Shown in pieces: positions 12,790 to 26,020 of a DNA stretch of 64,000 nt. The notes beneath the pieces are model-generated. The model saw only the letters and a list, made by a program, of their open reading frames with translations, ran no database searches and was not told where the DNA came from. A program made the position numbers and the translations under genes. The stretch comes from Gnetum montanum (lineage: Eukaryota > Plantae > Gnetophyta): contig MNCI01000270.1 in NCBI GenBank assembly GCA_015680685.1, positions 567,854-631,853 of the forward strand, read 5' to 3'. Each line of letters opens with the position of its first letter. Position 1 is the first letter of the stretch.

Positions 12790-15700
12790 TTTAGTGATTT
12801 TAGGGCATGGACTCACTGTGTGAATCTATATTGAGGAGAATTTCTAAGGCGAAGGTCATAAATCTACTAGCAAGGCTATTGCTCGCAAGACTCATTTAGT
12901 GCTCATGAAGGTCAGGGAGGTGAAGAAGGCCTTGAGACGTGGATTATGGGCGTGCGTTCCGGCGCGGGAGGACACACTATTGGCCCAGTTGTGGTTGCTA
13001 TTGTGCAAGGGTCCTGTTGTGGTTATATGCAAGGCCATTACTACCGCGACTATTGCCACGGCTGCGGGACCAAGGTCCTTTAAGTTGTTGGACCGTGAAA
13101 CCTTTGGGAGGGGGTTTGTATGACGTAGGCGCGTATTCTGTTTGGGTCTGCTATTAGTTATCTTATTGCTACACCAAGTTACTTGCATGCTCTTTCTACG
13201 CTAGGCTTTTGCATCTTTGTTGTGGTATGATGAACAGGGATCATGCTATGCTTCACTTATGGTTGGCTAGGCGCTGCTATGTTGCCCACGTATTATGTTC
13301 ATATTTGATGTCATGGTCTACTGTTTCCATTATGTAGGGTAGGGCCAAGGTCTAGATTGATCATTTTGGATCTGGAAGGACTCTTGTGTCATGTAGGTGG
13401 GCCTATGGCCAATGTCCCCCCTCCTTCGATATGTTTTGGAGGTCGAGCAGTTTGGTTTAGGGATAGGGTGTGAGACTTCTTGCAATTCCTCCTCAACTAG
13501 TTTAGTCTTATGGTTTGGTCCTCCTCGGATGAGGCGCGGGCGTCCGACATGATAGAGGCTTTGCTGCTAGGGGCAAATCAGGGCATCCTAAGATATCTTT
13601 TTGATGATGCAACTTTAGGCAGGCTGGGAGGAGGGTCTTCCCCACACTCCATAGGGTTGAGGCGCTAGGCCTAGATTTGGGACATGCCAAAATACCAATG
13701 TTATCATCCCTTCAACATGTTGTACCTCGCGTGTCATATGGTGATGTATTTTTTGAACCCACAGGGGGTCGTTTACTATGTTGGCGGGTGAGTTTCACGT
13801 CTCTATTTTTGTTGTGTGACATTGGCTATGCTTGGCCGAGTGTTGATAGCATGCACTTGTCATCAAGTTCCATCTTAATGATGACAGGGTTCATGATCAG
13901 CCAAATGAATTAGCTGCAGCACAACTAGCCCTATAGGAATTTGCCTTTGCCAAAACCCTGCGAGCAAGCATGATTGCTCTTTGTGGGGAAGGATATCGTT
14001 CCCTCCTACACATGCTTTCCTCTTTCTACAATAATTTTAGGACAAAAGGTTGGCTAGACAAAGAGTGGAGAGAACCTTTTAAGCAAGTTATGCTCAAAAC
14101 AGTCTTAGTGGTTGAACTTCCACTATTCCCCTCACCGTATAGGCCTGGTGGGTTAACAAGCGGGTGTCATTTTTTTTCTTTTTTCTTAAGATATTCTTCA
14201 TGATTATTGTCATAGGAGTGAAGAAGCCCCGTGAAGTGATGGTGGTGACTGCCAGAGGGTAAGGGGGAAACATCTACTTCAAATATGATGAGGTGTCAAT
14301 AAGCTAGAGCTGGTTGGAATGAGGGGCTCCAAGCCCCTTGCTCAGAAGAATTCAGATGGCCGGGCTTATGGATTTTTTTATGGCACTGAATTTGGGCATT
14401 CCTGTTGCTGATATGCTTTCCCTGGTCAACTCCTTTTCTAGGCAGGCAAGTCACTTTCGCACATATGTGGGGGTGTGCGGGTGGTCATTGATGTCAATGA
14501 CAAGCTATTTGCAGATTTATTTGGTGTTCCTAATGATGGCACCGATGTGATGTCGAAGGGCAAGTAGGAGTTGATCCTACATAAGTAGCATATTGAGGAG
14601 TGGTTGAGGCTCACCAAGGAGTGGAAAGGGTTCCCTACGGAAAAGCTTAAGGATGGTCTTGCCATGCGAATATACTCGATCTTTTGTACTTGTGCATTCC
14701 CTCAACTGCTCATCCAAGGAAAGGTCTTGGGACTTGGACAGGCTTAGATAATGTAGGAAGTCATGGAGGAAGGGGCCCGTTATAACTGGGTCGAATTCCT
14801 GTGTAGTGGCTTGCAGGGCGAGATTTTGGAGCTCCGTGAGCAAACGAAGTCCCATTCTAACATACACTACGCCTTCTACATTGGCTGTTTAAAGTGCTTT
14901 GCAGAGTTCCTGGTGGTCCAGGAGCATGGGATCTGGTTTGATCTGGATCGTGAACAGATCTACAAATCATGGATTCGATAGGTCTTTCGGACCATGCAAG
15001 CCCAAGCTCCCCCAAAGGTGGTCAGGGATTCATTTTCTATAACGACTAAAGGTCTAACGGTTTGTAGCACTTGTGGCTAGGATAGCGTAGGGGAGACTCC
15101 CCCTACCATACTCAGTGATGTGACCCAAGGTAATCATCTTATGGCTGAGGCCATTCCTACGGAGTTGCAGAGAAAGAGATCTCCCCCTGCTAGGGAAAGC
15201 CCTCGTGAAGAGGAGCAACGACTATGGTTCAAGTTGTGGTGAATGCAACCCCCCATTGGTGAGCATTTAGAATGCTAACTATTCCATGCTTAGCTAAGTG
15301 GCGCTTTATGGCATGGTATCAGTTTTGAGTTAATCAATTTCGACTTATTGTGTGTATACCCTTTGTGGATAGTAGAAGAAGAATGCGAAGAAGAAGGTGA
15401 CGAGGAAGTGTCGGCCCTTAGACCGGGGGTGACAAATAAAGACACAAGGGGCTCGGCTTTGGAAGAGAGGGCCTCGACTAGGGATACTGGGGCTCTTATC
15501 TCTGGGGTAGGGGCTCTTGTCATTAGAGAGCCTCTTCCTACCAATGAAGAGGTGTCTTTCCAAATTAAAAAATATGCTACCCTCCTAAAAGGAAAAGCAC
15601 CAATAGTTGAGTTCAGAGTTCCTATGGACCTGGCTGGGCCTTCTATAGAACCTACCGTGATTGTCTTGCACTAGCATGATGCAAGAAAATAGCCGAATAC

Positions 15701-16856
15701 TAGTGAGTTTAGGCTTTGGATGTGCCCTACCGTAGTTCGCTTCGGTTGTTGTTGTCATGCTAAAGTACGTAACAGGTGCTACCACTGATGTATCAAGACC
15801 TTCTTTGCCCTGGACAGAGTCGTGGGCTGAAATTCCTGATAATTTTACATTTGTTCAGGGGCTAGTTGATGACATGATCAAACACCTTCAATAGGTGGAT
15901 CCTTGTGTGGGTGAGTAGGAATGTTAACAACCCCTATGCTGCTACACTACAACTCTTAAACGTATTGATTTATGTTATGTTGACATGATTGCTATACTTT
16001 CTACATTCTCTCGGCTCAAATGGGACCTGGCTCGACCTATGAAAATTGGCACGGTGCCCACACTTTCATCCGACGTGACTGAAGTGCCTCGTCACGTATT
16101 TGACGAGTCTTACAAATGCGTTTTGCACTCGGTGAGGTCCCTATGGGAATGTAGACATACCAATGAGGAATTGTGGAAATGGGTCCATAGGAGTGAGTAG
16201 AGAGAGATGGAACTGGTTGCCAAGGTGGAGAACCTCAAGTCGAGGATCGATTTCCTCGTGAACCATAGTCCTGACCCTGTGGAGTTGCAAAGGGCTATGG
16301 TCGATCACACTAGATTTTGGACTATCATATGTCAAAACGTAGAATCCACCCACAAAATAGTCAAATAACAGATGCAGATGAGTTTGCTAGCCCAGAAGTG
16401 CCAAGATATGAAGGACATTAGTGCCAAGATCTTTGAATGGGGGAAGGCTCAGAGGGACCACAAGCATACATATAAGCAAGAAAACGAAACCCATCGAAGG
16501 TTGTATAAAGATGCTGCTGTGGAGGCATTCTCGTACGAGGTGTTTGTGAAGGCCATCGATACTTTTGAGGCTTATGCCAAATTTAAAGAGCAAGTGCAAG
16601 TCACGGAGTGTCCAGATTTGGGGGTGACCTTTCCTACAGGAAAGACCGCCACCACCTCCTTTTCCCCGGGTCCTCTAAGATGGAAAACTTTGGAAAAGGA
16701 GAAAGTTGCCGCTGCGAATGCTGAACCTAATGATATGCCTTGGATGAATATCTCGATGGAGGAGATTGAGCGTTGTCTCAGGCTTGGTCTAGACTAGATA
16801 CCTCTTGTGACGGACGTAGGATCCCCTCAGGCTAATTGCTTTGATGCTTTGCTATA
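12790..16856 (+). pseudogene. Antisense multi-exon accessory gene of D (NIF/FCP1-like + Transposase_32/PMD-like + coiled coil)
   Basis: Exon 13338-13787 reads LIILDLEGLLCH...WFRDRV*DFLQFLLN*FSLMVWSSS...LRR*A*IWDMPKY...FNMLYL...FLNP. Intron 13788-13887; further GTGAG donors at 15259 and 15911. Stops are mostly explicable by single transitions. Confidence 0.8.
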
Positions 16857-17199
16857 GCTGTCCTTTATTGCATTTGTTGCCCCTACTAACTACTTTGGTG
16901 TAGGCTCTTAACAAGGATGTGAGGCCCATGGAGGGAAGGAATGAAGTGTTGGTGGGGGGTAATATGGGAGCAGATGATGTGCAAGTGAACGAGGTAGAGA
17001 AAAACGACGAAGGCAATGTGAACAGGGATAGCTGGTGAGAGGATGAGGGCAGATCTCCCCTCTCTTCTCTTTTTTCTGGAAGAGTTTACAGACACCGCTA
17101 ATAGGTAAAAAATTTTGGCTAAAATGAAAAATTCTAGAAAGGAAAACTGATTTCATGTTATTATGTGTGTTATGTGAAGTTTTTGTACTCTGGCATGCT

Positions 17200-17450
17200 A
17201 ATTTTAGGCCATCTCAGGCCATTTGCGTAATGAATAAAGCAAAGGTGATAATGCTAGCTTTAGGCCATTTCAGGCTATTTGTTAGTTTTAGGCCATTTTG
17301 GGCTGTTTGTTAGTTTTAGGCCATTTCGGGCCATTTGTGTAATGAATAAAGCAAAGGTGATAATGCTAGCTTTAGGTCATTTCGGGCCGTTTATTAGTTT
17401 TAGGCCATTTCGGGCCATTTGTTAGTTTTAGGCCATTTCGGGCCATTTTT
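17200..17450. repeat. ~28-bp TTTTAGGCCATTTCGGGCC tandem array between the protease and the 3' end of the antisense gene
   Basis: About 7 visible units with a higher-order duplication; shorter version in E at 45210-45350. Confidence 0.9.
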
Positions 17451-17499
17451 GTATTGTACCAAAAAGAAAACACCTTGGCGGGCTAAGTAGAAAGTGAAT

Positions 17500-20400
17500 A
17501 TACAAGGATGGCAACTAGGTGAGAGGTCGCTTTGTTGGGCTGATCCCTTCGCTGTATGATTGGTGCGTGCATGAATAGGCACTTCATCTTCAGAGGTTGT
17601 AACCTCTGAACCTTGCTCTATGTTTAGGTTACTAATTGCTTGCGTTACCATCCTATTGCCATGGATTATCACCTCTCTACCCTCATATGGTAAGTGGATT
17701 TCCTGGTGTATAGGTGAGGAAACTACCCCAAGTTGTGCTAACCACGATCTTCCCAAGATTAGGTTAAACTCGGGCATTTCTTCAATGAATGTTGCGTGCA
17801 TGGGGAGCTCGTTCCCTGCTACGAAGTTTACATGAAATGTGCCTTTTACTAGGACACATGCCCTGTTGAAGGACTGTAGGCACGACGTCGCTGTTGGTTT
17901 GATCTGGTTGACCAACCCCAGTTTCTCTATGATAGGCAAAGAGATGACGTTTGTGGCTGCCCCATCGTCAACATGCACCCTTCAGATTCGGTACTGACCG
18001 ACCCAAATTGTGATGAAGAGAGATGCTATAGTCACTTGGCCCTTTTCGGTATCTTCCTTAAGGGCTTTGTTACTGAAAGTTAGTGGAGGTGTGGACTCCA
18101 TGGGTACGGAGGGGAGTATGACTGAGTGGATCGTTTTCTCATCTACCGGCATGTTTTCATTTACCGGGATTACCGTTAACATGCGGACTAGAGCCTTGCG
18201 GTGAGGGGCGGATACCATGACTAAGTCGTATAGGCTTAACATGGTATTTTTTTGCCTTGGGGTTTGCCCAACCTGGGTTAGGGCATTCAAGAAGTCTTGG
18301 CTGCTCGTCTATTTGACACTCTCCTCCTCGATTCGTCCTAGAAGACGAATCTCCCGAGGGGAGATGGCCCCAGACCCAAGTTTAAATCTTCAGCAACAGG
18401 ATGTCATAGGTTGTGTGCTTGTGTCAAAATTTGTCCTTGGTGATGAAGGTGTAAATTTAAAGGGCGAAGACGTAGTTTTAGAGATGCTTTTGACGGTATT
18501 CCTCTTCGACACCTCACCCGTTGGGTAGGTTTCTTGCGTTGTAGGGCGAGGAAGTTGTTTGTTGTTGCATAGGATGGGGGCTATCGAAGATGCTAGTGTT
18601 CTGATGATGAATGGGGCTAGAAGTGTTAGCGGACGGGGTTGCACAGCCCTGCCAATGGGTGGTGCAGAGGTAGATGCTTATGGTGGGACTTTCAGGATGA
18701 AGGGTGATTGTGGGCTTGGACCAGCCATAGATGGCATAGGCGTACTACACTGAGGCACGTGAATCAAAAATGGTTGGAAGGGTGGTGTGGGATCATTGTC
18801 AATACCGATGGCATTGATTATGTAACCGGAATTTTTGGCATTGAGTGGGTCAGTATAGACGTACATGGATTGGTTTTTGGGGTGCACTGGGATACTTTCA
18901 TCTAGCACCAAATGCCCTAGGTCAATTAGTCTTTGTATGTCATCTTGCAACGATAGACAATAATCCGTGGTATGACCACATAGTTGATGGTCGTTGCAAA
19001 ACCTGTCCAGCCTAAAATCTTTAGGGACTAGAGGTTCATTGGGCAGGGCTAAAGAGGGATTTCTAAGGAGCTTGCAGTAGCATCGATGCCTCATGTTTTC
19101 TTCTTCTGACATCCGCTTGTGTTGAATGTATCCCATTGCCAACAGTTGCTTTAGGAGTTCTGAAGGTTTGAGGGGCAGCGGAGTATATTTTGAACGATAT
19201 TTATGCTCGAAATTAGGTTTAGTGTATGCAGATGTCTCAGGTGTGGGGGCGGCGGGTTATAATGCTTGGCTCAACTTAGGCCCTGAGTCAGCTGCAGGTA
19301 CAGTCGATTTCTTGTTATTCTTGTTTTCGTTGTTGCTATGTTTGGGTTTAGCCTCAGCTTTCATAGTAGCCACCATGGTCGTTGGGGCCTTACCTTTTTC
19401 CTTCTTTGTAATACTGTTTCTATAAGTGACATAAGCCAGGTCTTTACTTACCTCGGCTGCATCTTGTATGCTTTTCGTCTGAGCGAAAGCTTTACTAAGT
19501 GAGCATGGAGTAAGGTAATATAGTTTTGACTTGATGAAGTCGTTCACTACACCCTTAAAGAAGGCTAACAAATGAGCCTCCATGATAGGTTCACGGATTT
19601 CGTTAAGGGTTGCGCTCCATCATTGAATGAATTTTTGGACTAGTTCTAGTGGGTCTTTCTTCACGCTCATCAGCTGATCCAACGTGGTTTCTAGCTTCAA
19701 GTTATACTTGAAGTGTGTCACAAACTAGGTCAAGAGTTCTTCCAACGTTGAAATGGACGAATGTGGCAATGCGCGATACCAATCTAGGGCTTTCCCGACT
19801 AGGGACATGGCAAAGACAAGAATGATCGTATGCGGTCATTGTTGCAGCAACAAAGAATCTGACTGAAAAGTGATGAGATGTGTATTGGGATCTCCTTCTC
19901 CATCGTACTTGGTGAAGTGTGAGAGGGACATCTTGGGTGGTAATATCAAGGCAGGGATTTCAAGGTTGATGGGGTCATCTTGGTAAAAGTCCATGACTCA
20001 TACCATATCAGACCCAACAGCTTTAAGGTGTTTTACTTCCTCGATTAGCATTTGAATAAGCTAAAACGCTTGGTCCAGACTCAGGGATGTTGTAGATGCC
20101 TGAGGGACTACAGAGACGACCCCCATAGATGGCATAGTAGTGGTGGCAATTTGACCCATCGATTGTGCCATTGGGGCTACCCCTGCTAAAGGTGTTATTT
20201 GCATTATCCACCATCTGGTGGGTGGTATCATCAGAGCGGTAATAGCTGGTTGAGTTGTCGAGTAGGCTATTTGGATCACCGGCGGGACCTCCCATGGCCC
20301 TGTGCCAAGTTGTGCCATTTGGGGGGTCAAGTAGACCTTAGGGCAAGTGTAATGAGACATCTGCGATGGTTGTGGAACAAACGAGGAAGCAAATGGAGGC

Positions 20401-21194
20401 CACGACATGGATGGGCCTGGGCCCACCACAGTGGGTGGGACGATTGCATATGTAGGAATTGGTATGGGAGTTAGGTGAAGTTGTAGAGTAGGTACAGTGT
20501 GGACATGCGGTAGAGTAGCCGTGATAGGTATGTTGCGTGTTGCGGTAGCATGCTGATAAACAGCTTGCGGTGGCATAGATGCTGCGGGTGCAATCGGGCG
20601 ATAGGGGTGATGAGGTGCTGGGAACATAACATGGCTACGTACTATAGTTGCAGTTGCAGACTGCTGAAGCATAGGTGCAATGGCGAAGGGGGTGGCAACA
20701 GGCAACGGGTTGGCCCAGAAGATTTAGGTAGGCGGGACAGGACTAGGGTTGGCTGGGCCTCCATCATTAGATTGGGAATCGAGTTCCTCCTGATCATCTT
20801 GAAAGGTGTCATCTTGGTTGGACACTGTGTCTTGTTGCCCCCTAAGCCTTGTTAACTAGATTAGTTGATTTAGAAGCCTTTGGTTCGCTTGTGTCAAAGG
20901 TAGAGAAATGCCTTGGTCAGGAACAAATTCCTCCCCATTGCAGTAAGCGAACTCAAAGCTACGTTTTTCTTCGAGTTCGTGTAAATCTAAGGGCAGGTTA
21001 GCTTGCACCTTTACACAAAGGAAATTGTAATGCTCGTGTTGCTAAGCCAGGCCCTCAAGTCCTCGGTTTTGAATCTTGAAAGACCGGCATGCTTCTGGTG
21101 TTGGATTCAACCGTTGTTCAGCACTAGTAGTGCCTTGGGCTATGAAGGGCACCTCCATGTTGGAGATATCGATAGTGGTAGTAGCAGAAGTCAT
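17500..21194 (-). pseudogene. Degenerate gag-protease of D
   Basis: Pro-rich N-terminus, KYDGEGDPNTHL capsid motif, RFCNDHQLCGHTTDYC knuckle, protease HVDDGAATNVI...FNLILGRSWL. Confidence 0.9.
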
Positions 21195-21284
21195 CGTAAA
21201 GCAAGTGATTATGCGAAAATGCTAGAAAGATTATGCAAAAATGCTAGAAAATGTGGAAGAACAGAAGGATTAAATGAAAACGAG

Positions 21285-21915
21285 TGGCTTTTCTTCTTGC
21301 AGGATCCCAGAGGGACTGTCGATGCGATCGACCTGCGCCACACAAGACGGAAACAACCTCAAAGGGTGTCATGTTTTCGCCTGTGTTGGCTAGGGTGCAG
21401 GACATATGTGAGACTGCTATAGAAGAAGCAAGTTAAATCATTGTCTGAAGGCTTATTGTCTCATAGGATTCTAGAGGAATCGTTGAGGCAACCGATCTAC
21501 ACCACACGATGCACAAACAACCACAAAGGGTGTCGAGTCTACGCTAATGCAAGTCGGGGTGTGGAAGGCATACGAGACTACTGTAGGACAAGCAAATTAA
21601 CTAGCAACCAGGTAAATTTTGTGTCTCATAGGATCTCAGAGGGCTATCAAGGTGACCGTTTTGTACTACATGAAATGAGGTACAGAACACAGGCGAGACA
21701 ACCATAGTGTGGGCAAATTAACTAGCAATTGGGTAGGTTTTATGTCTCACAGGGTCCCGGAGGGATCGTTTAGGCGACTGATCTACACCACATGGGGCAG
21801 GGTGCAGTACACATGTAAGATGATCGTAGAATGAGCTAGTTAATCAACGATCGGAGGCCTTTTGTTTTGTGGGGCCTCGGAGGAACCGTCGGGGCGACCG
21901 ATCTATGCCACACAG
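21285..21915 (-). repeat. 5'-UTR dispersed subrepeats (~5 copies of TTTTATGTCTCAnAGGGTCCCGGAGGGACCGTC...GACCGATCT)
   Basis: Copies at ~21290, 21450, 21617, 21737 and 21860; equivalents in E at ~49315-49935 and in B at ~2125-2340. Confidence 0.8.
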
Positions 21916-22035
21916 AATGCAAACAACCGCAAGAGGGTGTCGCATCTACGCTCATGTGTATCAGGGCACAGAAGGCTCACAGAACTACCGTGACACGTGG
22001 AAAAGGCACCAAAAGGCCCAACTTCTAGTGCCAGA

Positions 22036-23749
22036 AGTGATCAAAAACGTCGATGGCTGGAAGAAATGCCAAGGTCGGTGGACACAACAGTTCCAACCCT
22101 GTGCCCGCAGGAGGGCGGTGCTAGGTATGTGCGAACATGGGGTGCCCTGAACAGTCTGGTCGATCAAACAGGGACTTACATCAACGTCAATATAGCCTTT
22201 TGCAATATAAATTGTACAAACTACGAGATGGTGCTTATGGGTAATTACAGTGAGAAAGGAAAGGGATTAAAAAAAATGCAACAACAATGCGAAATAATGA
22301 ATAAACGTAAGTGCGACAATGATATGAGATGATGCTTGAAGGTAAGCAAAATAGAAATAATACAAGGAAGCTAGACAGTAAATAAGAAATAACATAAGAT
22401 ACAGTTAGGAACATGCACCACTTCAGAGCTACAAAAATGTCTGGTTAGGAAGTGGCACAATCGACTGCACGATGTGACAAAATGCAGAAAGTCCCGAGAG
22501 TGATCAAAGCATGCTAGGAAATAGGAAAAAAAATAGCTATGCACTTGGGCAAAGACTTCGCGTATGTACAATGCACGTGGGATCCTACCAAGGTGGTAGA
22601 ATAAGACCATGGGCTTTATGCCAACCGAGAGAGGTTCCTTTTTAGAAATTGTTCGCCTCCCCTTTTCTTTTCCTTATTGTGAGATTGCAAGTATTTCTCT
22701 ATTTTTTTGTTCCAGTCAAGGAGACTCTTCTTTTCTTTTTTTCTTTTCTTTTTTTTCATAGACCCCTTTCCGTGCTGCTTGATAGGCTATTTATAGGATT
22801 AAAGGTAAGCCAAGGTGATCGTTTGAATACTACGTTGTTGCAGACTTGCACCAACTTACTCACGTTACTTGAGCCATTTGTGATCATTGAGCTTGCAAGA
22901 CCATTGTGACATGAGCAATAATTGTGATCCTACTATGTCGTGACTACATCGCCAGCTTCTAGAGGTGTATGCCGATGGTCCGATTGAGGTGGAGTGCATT
23001 GATGTTGCACAGCCATCTGCCTGTCACGCTGTGTTTTGCGACGTGGCTTGCTTATCGTGGCATAGCACCTTGCCGCGTGTCTTGTCGTACGTCACATACT
23101 TGCTACATGATGCTACGCTACATAGCGTAGCATAGTGTAGCAACTAGGATAGTTTTGCTGATTTTCAGCTTATTTTGCCATAGTGCAAGTTCTGCGGACT
23201 TTGCTGATTTCGCCTTTCAAAATACCTTCTGTTCCTTTCCACAGGATTGCTACACCTTGGTGCGCCATGTAGTTTAGCGTAGCGTAGTAGCAGACATGGT
23301 TTGCCACTTCTTGGCGAAAAGAAACATCACTGTAGAACTCGAGATTGGATGAGGGAGGTGAGTAATGATGTTGTTGCTATGCTATGCCATATGTCATCGC
23401 GTAGCGTAACATCTTGTTCCGCCATTATTTTCTGAGGCTTACTACACTACACATCGTAGCGTAGCAGGCTTTGTGACTTAGAAAAATTGCTAAATTGCTT
23501 CTCCCTTGCACTTAGACTACTGTCACTGTTTCTGGACACTGTTTCTGAGCAGGCTGCTGGCTATTTAGACTACTTTGGTGGACGAATGAGTTGGTACAGA
23601 TCTTGCCCATGCCTAAAGTAGAAAATTTACTGAACTGGCCATCCTGGACTCAAAACGTTCTTTTCCCGATGGACTGCCGTGGTGCTTGTGTAGACCGTAA
23701 GAGCCTGGTGAAGCTAGGATGATCTCACATTTTCTTTTAGGGTGTTTCA
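22036..23749 (-). repeat. 5' LTR of D, copy 1
   Basis: GGTGTTTCA end at 23749; reverse-complement TATA at 22788-22795; U5 terminus partly deleted. Confidence 0.9.
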
Positions 23750-23882
23750 ACCATGGATACCAAATCCTAATCATTGCTGGGATCACCACGCATAACGCAC
23801 GTGCTCGAAGTCATTGTACTGAGGCACTTAACTAGGAGGAAAGTGTTGAGAGAGAAAGCAGTAAATAATGAATAATAAATAA

Positions 23883-26020
23883 TAGGTTTTATGTCTCACA
23901 GGGTGTCGGAGGGACCGTTTAGGTGACCGATTTGCACCACACGGGGCAGGGTGCAGTACACACGCAAGATGATTGTAGAATGAGCTAGTTAATCAATGAT
24001 CGGAGGCCTTTTGTTTTGTGGGGCTTCGGAGGAATGGTCGGGGCGACCGATCTGCACTGCACAGAATGCAAACAATCGCAAGAGGGTGTCGCGTCTACGC
24101 TCATGTGTATCAGGGCGTAGAAGGCTCATAGAACTACCGTGACACGTGGAAAAGGCACCAAAAGGCCCTCCTTCTAGCGCCAGAAGCGATCGAAAATGTC
24201 AATGGCTAGAAGAAATGCCAAGGTCAGCAGACACAACAGTTCCAACCCTGTGCCCACAGGAGGGTGGTGTTGGGTGTGTGCGAACATGGGGTGCCCTGAA
24301 TGGTCTGGTCCATCAAATAGGGACTTACATTAGCATCAATATAGCCTTTTGCAATATAAATTGTACAAACTACGAGATGGTGCTTATGGGTAATTACAGC
24401 GAGAAAGGAAAGGGATTAGAAAAAATGCAACAACAATGCGAAATAATGAATAAACGTAAGTGTGACAATGATATGAGACGATGCTTGAAGGTAAGAAAAA
24501 TAGAAATAATACAAGGAAGCTAGAAAGTAAATAAGAAATAACATAAGATACAGTTAGGAACATGCACCACTTCAGAGCTACAAATTTGTCTGGTCAGGAA
24601 GTGGCATAATCGGCTGCACGATGTGACAGAGTGCAAAAAATCCCGAGAGTGATCAAAGCGTGCTAGGAAACAGGAAAAAAAATAGCTGTGCACTTGGGTA
24701 AAGACTTCACATATGTACAATGCAGGTGGGATCCTACCAAGGTGGTAGAACGAGACCATGGGCTTTATGCCAACCGAGAGAGGTTCCTTTTTAGAAATTG
24801 TTCGCCTCTCCTTTTCTTTTCCTTATTGTGAGATTGCAGGTATTTCTCTATTTTTTTGTTCCAGTCAAGGAGACTCTTCTTTTCTTTTTTTCGCAGACCC
24901 CTTTCTGTGCTGCTTGATATGCTATTTATAGGGCTGAAGGTAAGACAAGGTGACTGTTTGAATACTGCATTGTTGCAAACTTGCGCCAACTTACTCACGT
25001 TACTTGAGCCATTTGTGATCATTGAGCTTGCAAGACCATTGTGACATGAGCAATAACTGTGATCCTACTATGTCGTGACTACGTCGCCAGCTTCTAGAGG
25101 TGTGTGCCAATGGTCTGATTAAGGTGGAGTGCATTGATGTTGCACAGCCATCTGCCTGTCGTGCTGTGTTTAGCGACGTGGCTTGCTTATCGTGGCATAG
25201 CACCTTGCTGCGTGTCTTTCCGTACATCACATACTTGCTACATGATGCTATGCTACATAGCGTAGCGTAGTGTAGTGACTAGGATAGTTTTGCTGATTTT
25301 TAGCTTATTTTGCCATAGTGCAAGTTCTGCGGACTTTGCTAATTTTTCCTTTCAAAATACCTTCTGTTCTTTTCCACAGGATTGCTACACCTTAGTGCAC
25401 CATGTAGCTCAACGTAGCGTAGCAGCAGACATGGTCCACCACTTCTTGGTGAAAAGAAACATCACTTCAAAACTCGAGATTGGATGAGGGAGGTGAGTAA
25501 TGATGTTGTTGCTATGCTACGCCATATGTCATTGTGTAGCGTAACATCTTGTTTCGCCATTGTTTTCTGAGGCTTACTACGCTACACATCGTAGCGTAGC
25601 AGGCTTTGTGACTTAGAAGAATTGCTAAATTGCTTCTCCCTTGCACTTAGACTACTGTCACTGATTCTGGACACCGTTTCTGAGCAGGCTATCGGCTGTT
25701 TAGACTACTTTGGTGGATGAACGAGTTGGTACAGATCTTGCCCATGCCTAAAGTAGAAAATTTACTGAACTGGCCATCCTGGACTCAGAACGTTCTTTTC
25801 CCGATGGACTGCCATGGTGCTTGTGTAGACTGCAAGAGCTTGGTGAAGCTAGGATGATCTCGCATTTTCTTTTATGGTGTTTCAACCATGGCTACCAAAT
25901 GCTAATCATTGCTGGGATCACCACGCATAACGCATGTGCTTGAGGTCATCGTACTGAGGCACTTAACTAGGAGGAAAGTGTTGAGAGAGAAAGCAGTAAA
26001 TAATGAATAATAAATAATAG
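23883..26020. repeat. Second unit of a ~2.14-kb tandem duplication (unit 1 = 21734-23882), containing 5' LTR copy 2 (~24185-25884)
   Basis: Both units contain UTR, PBS, LTR and the same ~133-bp flank starting ACCATGG; TAG microhomology at the junction. Confidence 0.92.
24166..24182 (-). promoter_or_regulatory. Primer-binding site complementary to the 3' end of plant tRNA-Asn(GTT) (TGGCGCTAGAAGGAGGG)
   Basis: Plus strand CCCTCCTTCTAGCGCCA matches the recalled 3' end of plant cytosolic tRNA-Asn plus CCA. Decayed versions at 2448, ~22017 and ~50045 each lie next to an LTR. Confidence 0.8.

Larger units (their letters stand above)
12147..25884 (-). mobile_element. Element D: Tat-family element truncated just before RT (duplicated 5' LTR, PBS, gag-PR, antisense gene; no RT, INT or 3' LTR)
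   Basis: Collinear with E from ~39970 to 51756; homology stops at ~12147. Confidence 0.9.

Noticed and set aside
24166-24182. tRNA-Asn gene
   Set aside because: Only the 3' 17 nt including CCA are present, adjacent to an LTR; this is a PBS.
21997-25487. Short ORFs repeated in LTRs (e.g. MEKAPKGP..., ...ELEIG)
   Set aside because: They recur only because the LTRs are repeated, span the PBS/LTR boundary and have no recognisable domain.
22036-25884. Independent TRIM/LARD element with two LTRs
   Set aside because: The internal part is host flank plus 5' UTR, there is no PPT or TSD, and a tandem duplication explains it.
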